Of a stretch of DNA of 59,235 nucleotides, positions 30,044 through 40,702 are shown piece by piece. The first letter of the stretch is position 1. The number at the start of each line of letters is the position of its first letter. The notes below the pieces were generated by a model, which saw only the letters and a list, made by a program, of their open reading frames with translations, had not been told where the DNA came from and ran no database searches. The DNA is from an uncultured Succiniclasticum sp. (GTDB taxonomy: Bacteria > Bacillota > Negativicutes > Acidaminococcales > Acidaminococcaceae): NCBI GenBank assembly GCA_905233365.1, contig CAJODT010000018.1:1-59235 (forward strand). The letters run 5' to 3'. The translations under genes and the position numbers were made by a program.

Positions 30044-30691
30044 ATGAAGATTTTTATGGATACGGCGAATGTGGATGAAATCAGGGAATTTGCGGATATG
30101 GGGATCGTATACGGTGTGACCACCAACCCGTCGCTGATTGCCAAATCCGGGCGTACACAGGCGGAAGTCATTCCGGAAATCTGCGCGCTGATCCCCGGAC
30201 CCGTAAGCGCTGAAGTTATCAGCCAGGATTGTGAAGGCATGGTTAAGGAAGCCAGGGAACTGGTAAAGATTGCAGATAATGTGGTAGTAAAAATCCCCTG
30301 CATCACGGAAGGGCTGAAGGCGGTCAAGATTTTGGCGGCAGAGGGAATCCGTACAAATGTGACGCTGGTGTTCAGTCTGGGACAGGCGTTACTGGCGGCC
30401 CGGGCCGGAGCCTCTTATGTGAGCCCCTTCATCGGACGTCTGGACGATATCGGGCAGGACGGTTCCAGGCTGGTGGAGGATATGGTAAAAGTATTCCGCA
30501 ACTACCAGTTCAAAACGGAAATTATCGCTGCCAGCGTGCGCAACATGGAACACGTTGACAGGATGATGCTGGCAGGTGCGGATATCGCTACGATACCCAC
30601 CAAGGTGCTGCGTGAGCTGGTCAAACATGAACTGACCGACAAAGGTCTGGCAAAATTCATGGAAGATTACCGGAACAGTTTGAAAAAGTAA
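30044..30691 (+). CDS. fsa: Transaldolase / fructose-6-phosphate aldolase family
   Basis: [18 protein letters not shown] (Schiff-base Lys), [11 protein letters not shown] and AASVR motifs. Confidence 0.92.
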   Translation: MKIFMDTANVDEIREFADMGIVYGVTTNPSLIAKSGRTQAEVIPEICALIPGPVSAEVISQDCEGMVKEARELVKIADNVVVKIPCITEGLKAVKILAAEGIRTNVTLVFSLGQALLAARAGASYVSPFIGRLDDIGQDGSRLVEDMVKVFRNYQFKTEIIAASVRNMEHVDRMMLAGADIATIPTKVLRELVKHELTDKGLAKFMEDYRNSLKK

Positions 30692-30818
30692 AAGCGCGTG
30701 CCGTTTCGTTCTGAAATATCAGAACTCCAATAATTATGAATTGAATGATGTTCGATAAATGTAAACGCGGATGTACGCAGCATCGTCCATCCGTGTTTCT
30801 TTTCCCGGAGGTATGGAC

Positions 30819-32066
30819 ATGAGTTGGTTTTCGTTTTTCAGGCTGCCGTCGCGAATTGCAGCCGTTCTGGCAGGCGTCGGCCTGCTGGGGGGAGTATTGT
30901 CTCCGGCTCAGGCAGAGGCAGGTTACCGCAAGGCGCCGGAGAACTATCAGGATGTGAACGTGAAGGTGCTGCAAAGCGGCCCAACCCTGCTGTTTTCCGA
31001 CAGCCCGGAGATGGTGTATGAAAACGGGATCCTGTACAGGGATATTGTGGAAGGAGAAGGCAGGGTCTTTTTCCATCACGTAAACGGAACCAAAAAGCAA
31101 CGGAAGCTTGCCGTACTGATGCGCCCGGTCAATAAGCTGGCAACCATAACCTGGGGCTGCCGGGGGATCGGCGATCCGGATAAGGATTATTTTATTTCTG
31201 CACGAAAAGGGCAGACGCGTTATTTTAACGATTACAAAGAATTATGGAAAAAGGCGCGTAAAAACGAGCTGAAAGATAAGCAGGATAAAGGGAAACAGAA
31301 AAACAAAGGCAAAAGAGGAGTGCCGGATTACAGCTTTTACGGGAAAGTGCCCGACCTGCCGCTGACAGTGCTGAATCAGGGAGAATATATAGAAGTACTC
31401 TCACAGGGCAACAACATGAGTCGCGCCGGCGCCTGCCTGAAACCGGATCAGCTGCTGACCGGCATGTTTGATTTCCATGCCAGGCAGCCGGTAGAGGTTA
31501 TAGTCATGATGTGCAATCCGGACGATGATATTGAAAAGTTCTCCCGGAACGGCAATCTTCTGCCTATGGATGAGCATCCGCTGCGGGGGACGTACGAGAA
31601 TGCAGATCTGACATATGTTGTCAAAAAACCGATACAGATGAAACGGAATCAGGTAAGGGCGTTGTGCATGGCAAGCTCCGAGGAACCGTATTATTTGCGG
31701 GGAAGAGACAGGCTGACCGGCAGGAAGACGCAAAATTATGGGAATTACGGCGTCGTCTATCATCTGGTTTACAGTGTGGCCGGCGAACATCCCATAGAGC
31801 TGGGAATCAACCCCTGGGGCGGTGAGTTTTACGGAGCCGGGCTGATGATCTCCGAAGGTAAGCCGGAGGTGTTAAGCATTCCGGGCAAGAAGTTCTATTT
31901 TGGTAAAGGAGATGAACTAGACGATGTGTTTGTCCATTCGCCGGACCGTAAGCGGAAAGACGCAGAGTTTATCTGGTCGCCGCCGGGCGCTTCCAATCTT
32001 CCCATACGGGCCTTCTGGACAATGAACAGGCCTAAGGAGACACTGATTAATTTCTCTGCACGCTGA
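30819..32066 (+). CDS. Hypothetical secreted protein (LLFSDSPE motif)
   Basis: Signal peptide, LLFSDSPE...GILYRD, NYGNYGVVY and PPGASNLP motifs. The last codons and the stop lie inside a MITE. Confidence 0.7.
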   Translation: MSWFSFFRLPSRIAAVLAGVGLLGGVLSPAQAEAGYRKAPENYQDVNVKVLQSGPTLLFSDSPEMVYENGILYRDIVEGEGRVFFHHVNGTKKQRKLAVLMRPVNKLATITWGCRGIGDPDKDYFISARKGQTRYFNDYKELWKKARKNELKDKQDKGKQKNKGKRGVPDYSFYGKVPDLPLTVLNQGEYIEVLSQGNNMSRAGACLKPDQLLTGMFDFHARQPVEVIVMMCNPDDDIEKFSRNGNLLPMDEHPLRGTYENADLTYVVKKPIQMKRNQVRALCMASSEEPYYLRGRDRLTGRKTQNYGNYGVVYHLVYSVAGEHPIELGINPWGGEFYGAGLMISEGKPEVLSIPGKKFYFGKGDELDDVFVHSPDRKRKDAEFIWSPPGASNLPIRAFWTMNRPKETLINFSAR

Positions 32067-32194
32067 CCGGTGCTTTTTGTGACTGACTGCGTCAATGTCC
32101 CTTAACGCAGCTACGGCTGCGCCTGCGGTTCATTTCCTTGTCAGTCGCAAAAAAACCTCGGCCATCGCACAAACTCATTTAATCAGTGTATTCC
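32036..32194. mobile_element. MITE-like element, full copy
   Basis: GGAGACACTGATTAA...TTAATCAGTGTATTCC, near-identical to 45406-45563. Confidence 0.85.
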
Positions 32195-32367
32195 TGAAGA
32201 TAGGAAAAAATCTTAATTAAATTTTCTGCAAACTGATAATAGACCTTTACAAAATCAAAAAATATGATAAACTAAATATAGAAAGAGAAATTTTGAAGTA
32301 AAAATACAGAGAGAATTTTTTGATTTGTAATAATTGGCCTTTTTAGTAATCAGTATTGATTGGAGGT

Positions 32368-32838
32368 ATGGCTGTGCAGAAGAGAAATACCATTCAGCGT
32401 CAGTTGGTCATTTCTGCAGTACGTTCGTTGAGCAACCATCCTACGGCAGAAGAAGTGTATAACCGCATTGTTCTGGATTACCCGGATATCAGCAAGGGAA
32501 CCGTGTACCGTAATTTGAACTCGCTGGTAGACAGCGGGTTGCTGCGCCGTGTTTCCGTGCCCAGTTCCGCGGACCGTTACGACCATATGCTGACCAAGCA
32601 TTATCACGTGCAGTGCATGAAATGTCACCGCTTCATGAATGTGGATGACTTGGATTATTTCCAGGATCTGGACGACAAGATTGCCCAGATGACCGGCTAT
32701 CGCATGGAGAATCATAATATTGTGTTCCAGGGCATCTGCCCGGAATGCCAGATCGAAGAGCTGGAAGCCAAAAAGCGGGAAGTGGAGCTGGCGAAAGCGG
32801 AAGGCAGGAAGCCGAACAAGATCAGCGCGAAGCTGTAA
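32368..32838 (+). CDS. Fur-family transcriptional regulator (PerR-like)
   Basis: HPTAEEVY, ISKGTVYRNL, HYHVQCMKC and GICPEC motifs. Confidence 0.92.
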   Translation: MAVQKRNTIQRQLVISAVRSLSNHPTAEEVYNRIVLDYPDISKGTVYRNLNSLVDSGLLRRVSVPSSADRYDHMLTKHYHVQCMKCHRFMNVDDLDYFQDLDDKIAQMTGYRMENHNIVFQGICPECQIEELEAKKREVELAKAEGRKPNKISAKL

Positions 32839-32983
32839 ATCCCGGCGGCGAATCGTTTTTTGTTAGGAATTTGTACGTAAAGCGTTATCTGTATGTTTAC
32901 AAACAAAAATCAGTGGGGTATGATTAAGTTGCGGATGATTTGTCCGCAACTTTTTTCAGTTACAGGCGGAGTGGGAAAATAGA

Positions 32984-34393
32984 ATGGCAGAAACTATTAA
33001 AAATAAAAAAGCAAATAAGAATCAATCAGAATCAATCAGAAAAAAAGAAGTCCTGAAGGCCGCGCCGGCTTTTCCTGTGCAAAAAGGGCAGGAGATGGAG
33101 CTTGAGATCACCGGGCTGGGGAGCACCGGGGAAGGCGTAGGACGTTTCAGGGATATTGCGGTGTTCGTACCGGGCGCACTGACCGGTGAAAAGGTCAGGG
33201 CGTCGGCGGCGTTTATCAAAAAGAATTTTATAATAGGAAAATTACAGGAAATCATTACGCCGTCCCCCCACCGGATCGCTCCGGCCTGTCCGGTGTATGA
33301 AGCCTGCGGGGGTTGCCAGCTGCAGCATCTTTCCTATGAGGCGGAGCTGGAAGAAAAACGGATGCAGGTAAAAGCAGCGCTGGAACGTATCGGGCATCTG
33401 CGTGACATCAGCGTAATGCCGACAATCGGTTCGGAGCATCCGTTTTATTACCGGAACAAAATGCAGTTTCCCGTAGCAGGAGGAAAAGGCAGGCTGCAAA
33501 TCGGCTGCTTCGCGTTGAATACCCACAGGGTCATCGACGTAACGGACTGCTGCATCCAGAAACAGAAGAATAATGAGATTGCGGCTGTTGTGAGAGACTG
33601 GATGAAGCAGTATAAGATTTTGCCTTATGACGAAGACAAGGGGACCGGCCTGATCCGTCACATCATGGGACGGGTGGGCGTGCACACGGGGGAAATCATG
33701 GTCTGCCTGGTGACGGCCCGGGATACTGTGCCTCGCCTGAAAGAACTGGTAAAGATGCTGAAGACAGCGATACCAGGCGTGAAGAGTGTGGTGCAGAACG
33801 TGAACAAACGGAGTACCAATGTTATATTGGGTGAGAAGACAAGACTGATTGCAGGTGAGCCCACGATTAAGGATAAAATCGGTTCCCTGAAGTTTAACAT
33901 CTCGGCCCAGTCCTTCTTCCAGGTCACTCTTGATTTTGCGGAGCTGAAAGGGACGGAAACGGTAGTGGATCTGTATTGCGGTACGGGTACCATCACCCTG
34001 TTCATGGCGCAAAAGGCGAAACGGGCGCTGGGGATTGAAATCGTCCCCTCGGCGATTCGCGACGCAAAGAAGAACGCTGTGGCGAACCGTATTGAAAACG
34101 CAGACTTTTTGTTGGGCGACGCGGCGGAAGAAATGCCGAAGCTTGCCGCCGGTGGACTGCGTCCGGACGTGGTGATCCTGGATCCGCCCCGGGCCGGTTG
34201 TGAGGAGCGGGTACTGGAGGCAATTGTAAAAGTGAAACCGGGCCGGGTGGTATATGTGTCCTGCAATCCGGCAACCCTGGCGCGGGATCTTGCGTACCTG
34301 TATGAACGCGGTTTTAAAATTGAAAAAGTGCAGCCCTGCGATATGTTCAGCCGGACCCACCATGTTGAGACGGTTGTTAAGCTGACCAGGTAA
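32984..34393 (+). CDS. rlmD: 23S rRNA (uracil-5)-methyltransferase RlmD, apparent in-frame deletion near 33926
   Basis: TRAM domain, CPVYEACGGCQ, YRNK, DLYCGTG, LDPPRAG, YVSCNP and HVETV motifs. SFFQV runs directly into TLDF, lacking the usual N and following helix. Confidence 0.92.
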   Translation: MAETIKNKKANKNQSESIRKKEVLKAAPAFPVQKGQEMELEITGLGSTGEGVGRFRDIAVFVPGALTGEKVRASAAFIKKNFIIGKLQEIITPSPHRIAPACPVYEACGGCQLQHLSYEAELEEKRMQVKAALERIGHLRDISVMPTIGSEHPFYYRNKMQFPVAGGKGRLQIGCFALNTHRVIDVTDCCIQKQKNNEIAAVVRDWMKQYKILPYDEDKGTGLIRHIMGRVGVHTGEIMVCLVTARDTVPRLKELVKMLKTAIPGVKSVVQNVNKRSTNVILGEKTRLIAGEPTIKDKIGSLKFNISAQSFFQVTLDFAELKGTETVVDLYCGTGTITLFMAQKAKRALGIEIVPSAIRDAKKNAVANRIENADFLLGDAAEEMPKLAAGGLRPDVVILDPPRAGCEERVLEAIVKVKPGRVVYVSCNPATLARDLAYLYERGFKIEKVQPCDMFSRTHHVETVVKLTR

Positions 34394-34542
34394 TAATAAG
34401 TATTTTATTTGAGTAACGCATACGTTTGTGATATAATATTAAAGAATATTATATCGTTTTTAACTATGAAATAATCATGTAATATATACGCTTGGGCTTG
34501 AGCGGCGTCTGTTCTGAATATATATTCCCGGAGGCCTGTTTC

Positions 34543-36201
34543 ATGAATTCAATCCGTCAAAAGTTTACTGTTTTAAATTTAGTCATCATCTTTCTCTGTA
34601 CGTTTATCGTGGGAGGGGCAGGCTTGTGGTTTACCTCCCGTTCCCAGAAAGAGTATTCTGATGAAATACTTCAGCTTACCTGCAGGCAGGAAACGAGTTT
34701 CCTGAATGACGAGCTTGCGGATATCCAGCGCGCTATCGATATTTTCGCGGATCAGGCAACGGACCGGATGCCGCCGGTGGAAGTGATCCGTTCCAATGAT
34801 GCTGTGCGGCGGCAATATGTATCCGAAATGGAGAAGCTGATCAGCGACATTGTGCGCCATAACAAAGGCGTAGTTTGTTATTATCTGCGACTTGCGCCGG
34901 AACTGTCAGATGAAGACGCCGGAGACGGCGGTTTCTTCTATACAAAAAAGAAACGGGTTGAGACCTTCATCAAACAGCCGCTGACGCGTATACTGAATTT
35001 CGACCCGTCCGATGTGGAACATGTAGGCTGGTATTACGCACCCAAGGCTGCCGGAAAGTCCGTATGGATGGAACCCTATTACAACAAGAATATAGATATG
35101 GATATGATATCCTATGTGACGCCGCTGTATAAGGAAGGGCAGTTTATCGGCGTCGTGGGGATGGATATGGATTTCGGCCTGATCGTAAATGACGTGAGCG
35201 TCATCAGTCCGTACAAAACAGGATATACCAGCCTGGTATCCAGAGAAGGCAAAATCTATTACCATCCTTTCTATGATCCGGGGACATCCATTACCGATTA
35301 CAGCAAAGAGCTGCAGGAACTGGTTAACGATATGAAATATTACGGGGGAGGAAGCCGGACCAAGACATATACTTACAAAGACAAAGGAAAGAGCAAGAGG
35401 CTGGTCTTCAGCAGGCTGCAAAACGATATGGTGCTGCTCCTTACGGTAGAGGCTGTCGAAATCGAAACGCGGCAGAACACGATGGCCCGGATCATTGCCA
35501 TCGCGGCAGTGGTTATGGCGCTGCTGGCGGCCATTATTAACCTGGTCGTCTCCACCCGTATTACCAAACCGCTAAAGACTCTGACGAAGGCTGCCGAACA
35601 GATCGCGGAAGGCAACCTGGAAGTGGAACTGCCCAAACCGACCAACGATGAAGTGGGTATTCTGACCCGAAGCTTTGATGTTACGGTGCAGAATCTGAAG
35701 AAATATATTTCCGGTATGCGGTATAAAGCGTACAGCGATCCGCTGACCCATGTGAAGAATAAGAACGCCTACGAGCTGGAAAAGGAACGGCTGGAACAGC
35801 AGATGCATGCGGGTGATGCTAAATTTGCGCTGCTGATGCTGGATACCAATGACCTGAAGGAAATCAATGATACCTACGGGCACGACCACGGTGATGAATA
35901 TCTGATGACCTGCTGCCAGCTGATCTGCAGGGTATTCGATCACAGCCCCGTGTTTCGCATTGGCGGCGATGAGTTCCTGGTATTACTGGAAAATGAGGAT
36001 TACGAGCACCGGGAAGAACTGGTAGCTGTATTTAACCGTCTCTCGGCAAAGACGATGCAGGAGACTCGTGCCTGGAACCGGGTTTCCGCGGCGAAAGGGC
36101 TGGCTGTATGCGAACCGTCCGATACGTCTCCGGAAGATGTATTGCGGCGGGCGGACCATGCCATGTATCAGGATAAAAAAGCGATGAAAGAAAACGGATG
36201 A
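34543..36201 (+). CDS. Membrane diguanylate cyclase (Cache-HAMP-GGDEF)
   Basis: Two TM segments, Cache motif WY...W.EPY, HAMP (DEVGILT) and intact RIGGDEF. Confidence 0.9.
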   Translation: MNSIRQKFTVLNLVIIFLCTFIVGGAGLWFTSRSQKEYSDEILQLTCRQETSFLNDELADIQRAIDIFADQATDRMPPVEVIRSNDAVRRQYVSEMEKLISDIVRHNKGVVCYYLRLAPELSDEDAGDGGFFYTKKKRVETFIKQPLTRILNFDPSDVEHVGWYYAPKAAGKSVWMEPYYNKNIDMDMISYVTPLYKEGQFIGVVGMDMDFGLIVNDVSVISPYKTGYTSLVSREGKIYYHPFYDPGTSITDYSKELQELVNDMKYYGGGSRTKTYTYKDKGKSKRLVFSRLQNDMVLLLTVEAVEIETRQNTMARIIAIAAVVMALLAAIINLVVSTRITKPLKTLTKAAEQIAEGNLEVELPKPTNDEVGILTRSFDVTVQNLKKYISGMRYKAYSDPLTHVKNKNAYELEKERLEQQMHAGDAKFALLMLDTNDLKEINDTYGHDHGDEYLMTCCQLICRVFDHSPVFRIGGDEFLVLLENEDYEHREELVAVFNRLSAKTMQETRAWNRVSAAKGLAVCEPSDTSPEDVLRRADHAMYQDKKAMKENG

Positions 36202-36322
36202 GTATTAATTATACGGAAAAAATGCCTCGCGTGTGCGGGGCATTTTTTGAATCCGTACCTGTGAGGGATGACAGCGAAGATGCACAGGGTTTTATGAATT
36301 GTGGTAACAAGGGGGGAACATC

Positions 36323-37615
36323 ATGCAAAAAATGAAAAAGACGGTTTCCGTGGTACTGGCAGGGGATTCGTTCATTACGCAGCGGCTGCCCCGGGATACA
36401 AAGCTGGCGGCGCTGAAACACTATCTGGAAGGTTTTGATGTGCGGTTTACCAATTTTGAGATCCTGCTTCATGATTTTGAAGTGTTTCCGGCTCCGGTCA
36501 GCGGCGGTACCTGGGCCTGCGCCCGTCCGGCCGTGCTGCAGGATCTGCAGTATCTTGGCTTCAACCTTTATACCTGGGCCAATAACCATACCATCGATTG
36601 GAATCTGGGCGGGATTTTAACTACCAAAAAGCATCTGGATGCTGCCGGTGTTGTTCATGCCGGCTGCGGGATCAATCTGGAAGAAGCGGCCCAGCCCCGG
36701 TATCTGGATTTGCCCCAGGGCCGTGTGGCGATTATCGGTGTGACCTCTACCATGAACGAGTGGGGGATGTTGGGACGCCCAGGCGCCAATGTGCTGCGGT
36801 ATCAGACGGTTCACAAGGTTAAACCGAAAGAACTGGAAACCCTGCGAAAAATCGTCGATCAGACCGAAGTGAATGCCGACCGTATGCTGCTGGAAAAAGA
36901 AGGGTTCAATAAGCCGCTGACCGGCGGTTACCTGATCGGGAAGATCCGCTTCGAAGCTACGGCCCGCGGCGAGATGCCAGGCACCGTCACCACCATGAAC
37001 AAAAAGGATGCGGACCGGATCGTCCGTTCCATTGAAGAAGCGAAACGGCAGGCGGATTTTGTATTTGTCAGCCACCACAGCCACGAACGCAAAGGGATGG
37101 CGAAGAACCGGCCGGCGGATTTCTGCCGCGATTTTGCAAAACTTTGTATTGATGCCGGGGCGACAGCCTATATCGGACACGGTCCCCATATCTGGCGCGG
37201 CATTGAGATTTATAAAGACAAACCTGTATTCTACAGTCTGGGGGATTTCATTTTCCAGAATGACTCGGTGGAACGCCAGCCCACGGAGTTTTACGATCTG
37301 TATGACCTGGGACCGGATAACACGGTAGCTGACGGCCTGGATGCCCGCAGCGCCAACGGAACCCGGGGTCTGGCAGTCGATCATTTTGTGTTTGAATCGG
37401 CGCTGGCTTCCTTTACGGTGACAGACGGCGCGATCCGGGAAGTGGATCTGCTGCCCCTGAGCCTGGGATTTAAAAACGGAAGAAGCCTCCGGGGACGTCC
37501 GGAACTGGCGGACGCGAAGTATGGCGAACAGATTCTGGCGGATATTGCGGATCTGTCCAAAGAATACGGAACCGCGATTCAGATTGCGGACGGAAAAGGG
37601 AAAATTGTCATTTAG
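36323..37615 (+). CDS. CapA-family metallophosphatase-like protein (annotated poly-gamma-glutamate synthesis protein)
   Basis: AGDS, TNFE, ANNH, HAGCG, SHHSHE, GHGPH and YSLGDF motifs. Confidence 0.85.
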   Translation: MQKMKKTVSVVLAGDSFITQRLPRDTKLAALKHYLEGFDVRFTNFEILLHDFEVFPAPVSGGTWACARPAVLQDLQYLGFNLYTWANNHTIDWNLGGILTTKKHLDAAGVVHAGCGINLEEAAQPRYLDLPQGRVAIIGVTSTMNEWGMLGRPGANVLRYQTVHKVKPKELETLRKIVDQTEVNADRMLLEKEGFNKPLTGGYLIGKIRFEATARGEMPGTVTTMNKKDADRIVRSIEEAKRQADFVFVSHHSHERKGMAKNRPADFCRDFAKLCIDAGATAYIGHGPHIWRGIEIYKDKPVFYSLGDFIFQNDSVERQPTEFYDLYDLGPDNTVADGLDARSANGTRGLAVDHFVFESALASFTVTDGAIREVDLLPLSLGFKNGRSLRGRPELADAKYGEQILADIADLSKEYGTAIQIADGKGKIVI

Positions 37616-37782
37616 TACTGCCAAACGGAAAGGCGTTATGCTTTTCCGTTTTTTCTTTTTGCTGTGAACTTTGACCGGGGTTCATTTTGTATACAGTATT
37701 TCTGAGCGGGAAATATTGTGAAGAGATTTTCCCGGTGCTATACTAATAAGTAATAATATAGGCGAGCGTGCCTGATTATTTC

Positions 37783-37823
37783 GGAGAGACTGATTAAGGA
37801 AACGCTGATTAATCAGCGTCTCC
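37783..37823. mobile_element. Collapsed MITE (terminal repeats only)
   Basis: GGAAACGCTGATTAATCAGCGTCTCC at 37798-37823, preceded by TTAA and by a further TIR-like GGAGAGACTGATTAA. Confidence 0.7.
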
Positions 37824-37897
37824 TCAAATTAATCGGTATTTTCACAAGTTTAGCCGGTTTATTGGGTTAGATTGTATCCGGCAAAGGGGGTTATGTT

Positions 37898-39145
37898 ATG
37901 TTAATCTTAGGTGGTCTTATTGTACTGGCGGCGCTGTTCCTGCTGGTGAAGCGCTATGAAGCCAGGATGGTCCTGGTAGGCGCCGGTATCGTGATGTGTC
38001 TTTGCGCGGGCAATCCCATGAACGCGCTGAACGCTTTTGCCAAAGGCATGGGCAGCGGCATGATTTCTTCCGCCTGCTCCAGTATGGGTTTTGCGCTGGC
38101 CATGCGTTTTACGGGCTGTGACAAGCACCTGATCAACGCGCTGGCAAAGCTGCTGTTAAAAGTTAACTGGCTGCTGATTCCCGGTGTTATCTTCGGAACC
38201 TATGCCGTTAACGTGGCACTGCCCAGCGCGGCTGGTACTGCGGCAGCGGCAGGCGCCATCTTTATTCCCATCCTGATGGGCGCGGGCGTGCATCCGGCCA
38301 TGGCTGCTGCGGCTGTTAAATGCGGCACCTACGGCTCCATGCTGAACCCCGGCCTGGCCCACAACCCGTTTGTGGCGAAGATCGCCGGCGTAAATGTAAT
38401 GGACGTCATCGCGTTCCATTACAAGGCAAATATTGCTTCCCTGATTGTAGGCGCTGTAGTGTTGACTGCTATCGCTTACTTCCTGAAAGAAAATAAAGGT
38501 CATGTGGTGGAAGGGCTGGAACTGGATACGGAATTTAAGGTAAATCCGCTGTATGCCCTGATGCCTGTCGTTCCCATCGCTATTCTGATTTTGGGCGCAA
38601 CCGGCCTGGTTCCCATCTTTAAGATGGGTGTGGCCCAGGCCATGGTCATCGGCGCTATCCTGACCTGCATCGTGACCCGGACCAATCCGGCTGCTTTGAC
38701 GAAATCCTTCTTTGACGGCATGGGCAAGGCCTACGGCGATATCATCGGTATCATCCTGGCGGCTGGTGTGTTTGTAGCCGGTATGAATGCCATGGGTCTG
38801 GTAAAGGCTTTCATCGCCGCCATGACCAACAATCCGTCCATCGTTAAGATCTGCGCTTCCGTTGGTCCTTTTGTGCTGGGCCTGATCACCGGTTCCGGCG
38901 ATGCTGCGACCTTTGCCTTTAACGAAGCGGTTACTCCTCATGCTGCCGATTTCGGTATGTCCATCGTGCAGATGGGCTCCATGGCTACCCTGGGCGGCAC
39001 CCTGGGCCGTACCATGTCTCCCATTGCCGGTGCAACCATCATCGTAGCCGGTATCGCGGGTATCAGCCCTATGGAAGTTACCCGCCGCAATGCGATCCCC
39101 ATGATCTTTGCCATGATCGTCGGCATGATGTTCCTGGCCTTCTGA
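37898..39145 (+). CDS. DcuC-family C4-dicarboxylate transporter-like protein
   Basis: Multi-TM protein with MGFA..M..TGCD.HL, PSAAG, GSGDAATFAF and GRTMSPIAGA motifs. Confidence 0.85.
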   Translation: MLILGGLIVLAALFLLVKRYEARMVLVGAGIVMCLCAGNPMNALNAFAKGMGSGMISSACSSMGFALAMRFTGCDKHLINALAKLLLKVNWLLIPGVIFGTYAVNVALPSAAGTAAAAGAIFIPILMGAGVHPAMAAAAVKCGTYGSMLNPGLAHNPFVAKIAGVNVMDVIAFHYKANIASLIVGAVVLTAIAYFLKENKGHVVEGLELDTEFKVNPLYALMPVVPIAILILGATGLVPIFKMGVAQAMVIGAILTCIVTRTNPAALTKSFFDGMGKAYGDIIGIILAAGVFVAGMNAMGLVKAFIAAMTNNPSIVKICASVGPFVLGLITGSGDAATFAFNEAVTPHAADFGMSIVQMGSMATLGGTLGRTMSPIAGATIIVAGIAGISPMEVTRRNAIPMIFAMIVGMMFLAF

Positions 39146-39172
39146 TTTTAGTTAAATAAGGAAATATAACAT

Positions 39173-40471
39173 ATGGATACTATCTGGAAACAGGCAGAAG
39201 CATTAAAACAGGAATTGATTGCCCGCCGACGCGATCTCCATACCCATCCGGAAACCGGCTGGACGGAATTCCGTACTGCTTCCCTGATTATTAATGAGTT
39301 GAAAGCGTTGGGATATGAAGTACAGTTCGGCGAGGATGTGGTGGATGAAGCATCCATGATGGGCCGGCCCTCCGCCGCGGAGCTGGAAGGGTATATGAAA
39401 CGTGCTGTCGCGGAAGGGGCAGACCCGGCGCTGGTGGGGAAAATGGTCGGAGGCAAGACCGGTGTGGTGGGTATCCTTGACACCGGCAGACCGGGCAAGA
39501 CGGTTGCATTCCGCTTTGATATGGACTGCAACGATGTGGAAGAGGACAAAGGCGCAGGACACCGCCCGGTGGCCGAAGGCTTCTGCTCTGCCCATGCGAA
39601 GGCCATGCATGCCTGCGGACACGACGGGCATGTGACCATCGGCCTGGCCGTGGCAAAGCTGTTAAAAGAAAACAAAGATGTGTTGCACGGACGCATCAAG
39701 CTGATCTTCCAGCCGGCCGAGGAAGGTGTGCGGGGCGCGCTGGCCATGGTTGATGCGGGCGTAGTGGACGATGTGGATTACCTGTTTGGCGGGCACATTG
39801 GTTTCAAGTGCACGGAAGCAGATACACTGGTCACCAGTACGGACGGTTTTCTGGCTACGACTAAACTGGATGCGGAGTTCCGCGGCGTTTCCGCTCATGC
39901 GGGCGCGGCGCCGGAGGAGGGGAAGAACGCGTTGCTGGCGGCGGCCCAGGCTGCCATCAGCTTAAGTACGATCTCCCGGCACAGCCAGGGCTCCAGCCGT
40001 ATCAACGTAGGCGTGCTGAATGCGGGAACCGGGCGGAACGTGGTACCTGATACCGCTTCCATGAAAATCGAGACCCGGGGTGGCAATACGGAAATCAATG
40101 AGTTCATGGTAAAAGAAGCCCGCCGGATGCTGCAGGCTGCCGCGGATCTGTATGATGTTAAAGTAAATATCTCTCTGGCAGGGGGCGCTCCGGCCAGCGT
40201 GTATGACAAAGAGCTGGCAGAGGAAATCGCGGCGCTGGTGAAAGAAAAATGCGGCTATGCCAACGTGCTGACCTATGTCGATATGGGCGGCAGCGAAGAC
40301 TGCGCCTATTTCATGGACCGGGTGCAGAAGCTTGGCGGCAAAGCGGCCTACCTGATGTACGGCACGCCGATTGCGGCGGGCCATCACAACAGCCACTTTG
40401 ATTTTGACGAGGAAGCGCTGTGGAAAGCGGCGGCGACCCTGACGGAACTGGCCGTGAAATACAGTGCATAA
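39173..40471 (+). CDS. M20 amidohydrolase (AbgA-like)
   Basis: RRDLH.HPE.GWTEFRT, RFDMD, MHACGHDGH, FQPAEEG and GSED motifs. Confidence 0.9.
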   Translation: MDTIWKQAEALKQELIARRRDLHTHPETGWTEFRTASLIINELKALGYEVQFGEDVVDEASMMGRPSAAELEGYMKRAVAEGADPALVGKMVGGKTGVVGILDTGRPGKTVAFRFDMDCNDVEEDKGAGHRPVAEGFCSAHAKAMHACGHDGHVTIGLAVAKLLKENKDVLHGRIKLIFQPAEEGVRGALAMVDAGVVDDVDYLFGGHIGFKCTEADTLVTSTDGFLATTKLDAEFRGVSAHAGAAPEEGKNALLAAAQAAISLSTISRHSQGSSRINVGVLNAGTGRNVVPDTASMKIETRGGNTEINEFMVKEARRMLQAAADLYDVKVNISLAGGAPASVYDKELAEEIAALVKEKCGYANVLTYVDMGGSEDCAYFMDRVQKLGGKAAYLMYGTPIAAGHHNSHFDFDEEALWKAAATLTELAVKYSA

Positions 40472-40702
40472 TGGCTTATGCATAACGTTGCGACTGCAAC
40501 TTCGTTGTGCAGTATTTGCGTGAAATAACCAATCAGCTGTAATTGTATACTATCTGACGATGTTTACAATTGCAGCTTTTTTTGTCATAATGAAGGTATG
40601 AAGATGACATGTTGCAAGCGGTTTGTGGATGAAACAGAAGAGAGAATGTTTTCCTGGTAAAACAGGGGAAACAGCGTTGCGCATTGCGTGAGGAGAAAGA
40701 GT

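Noticed and set aside
34360-34400. Island integrated at the rlmD 3' end, a common hotspot
   Set aside because: No integrase, duplicated att sequence or compositional shift follows rlmD.
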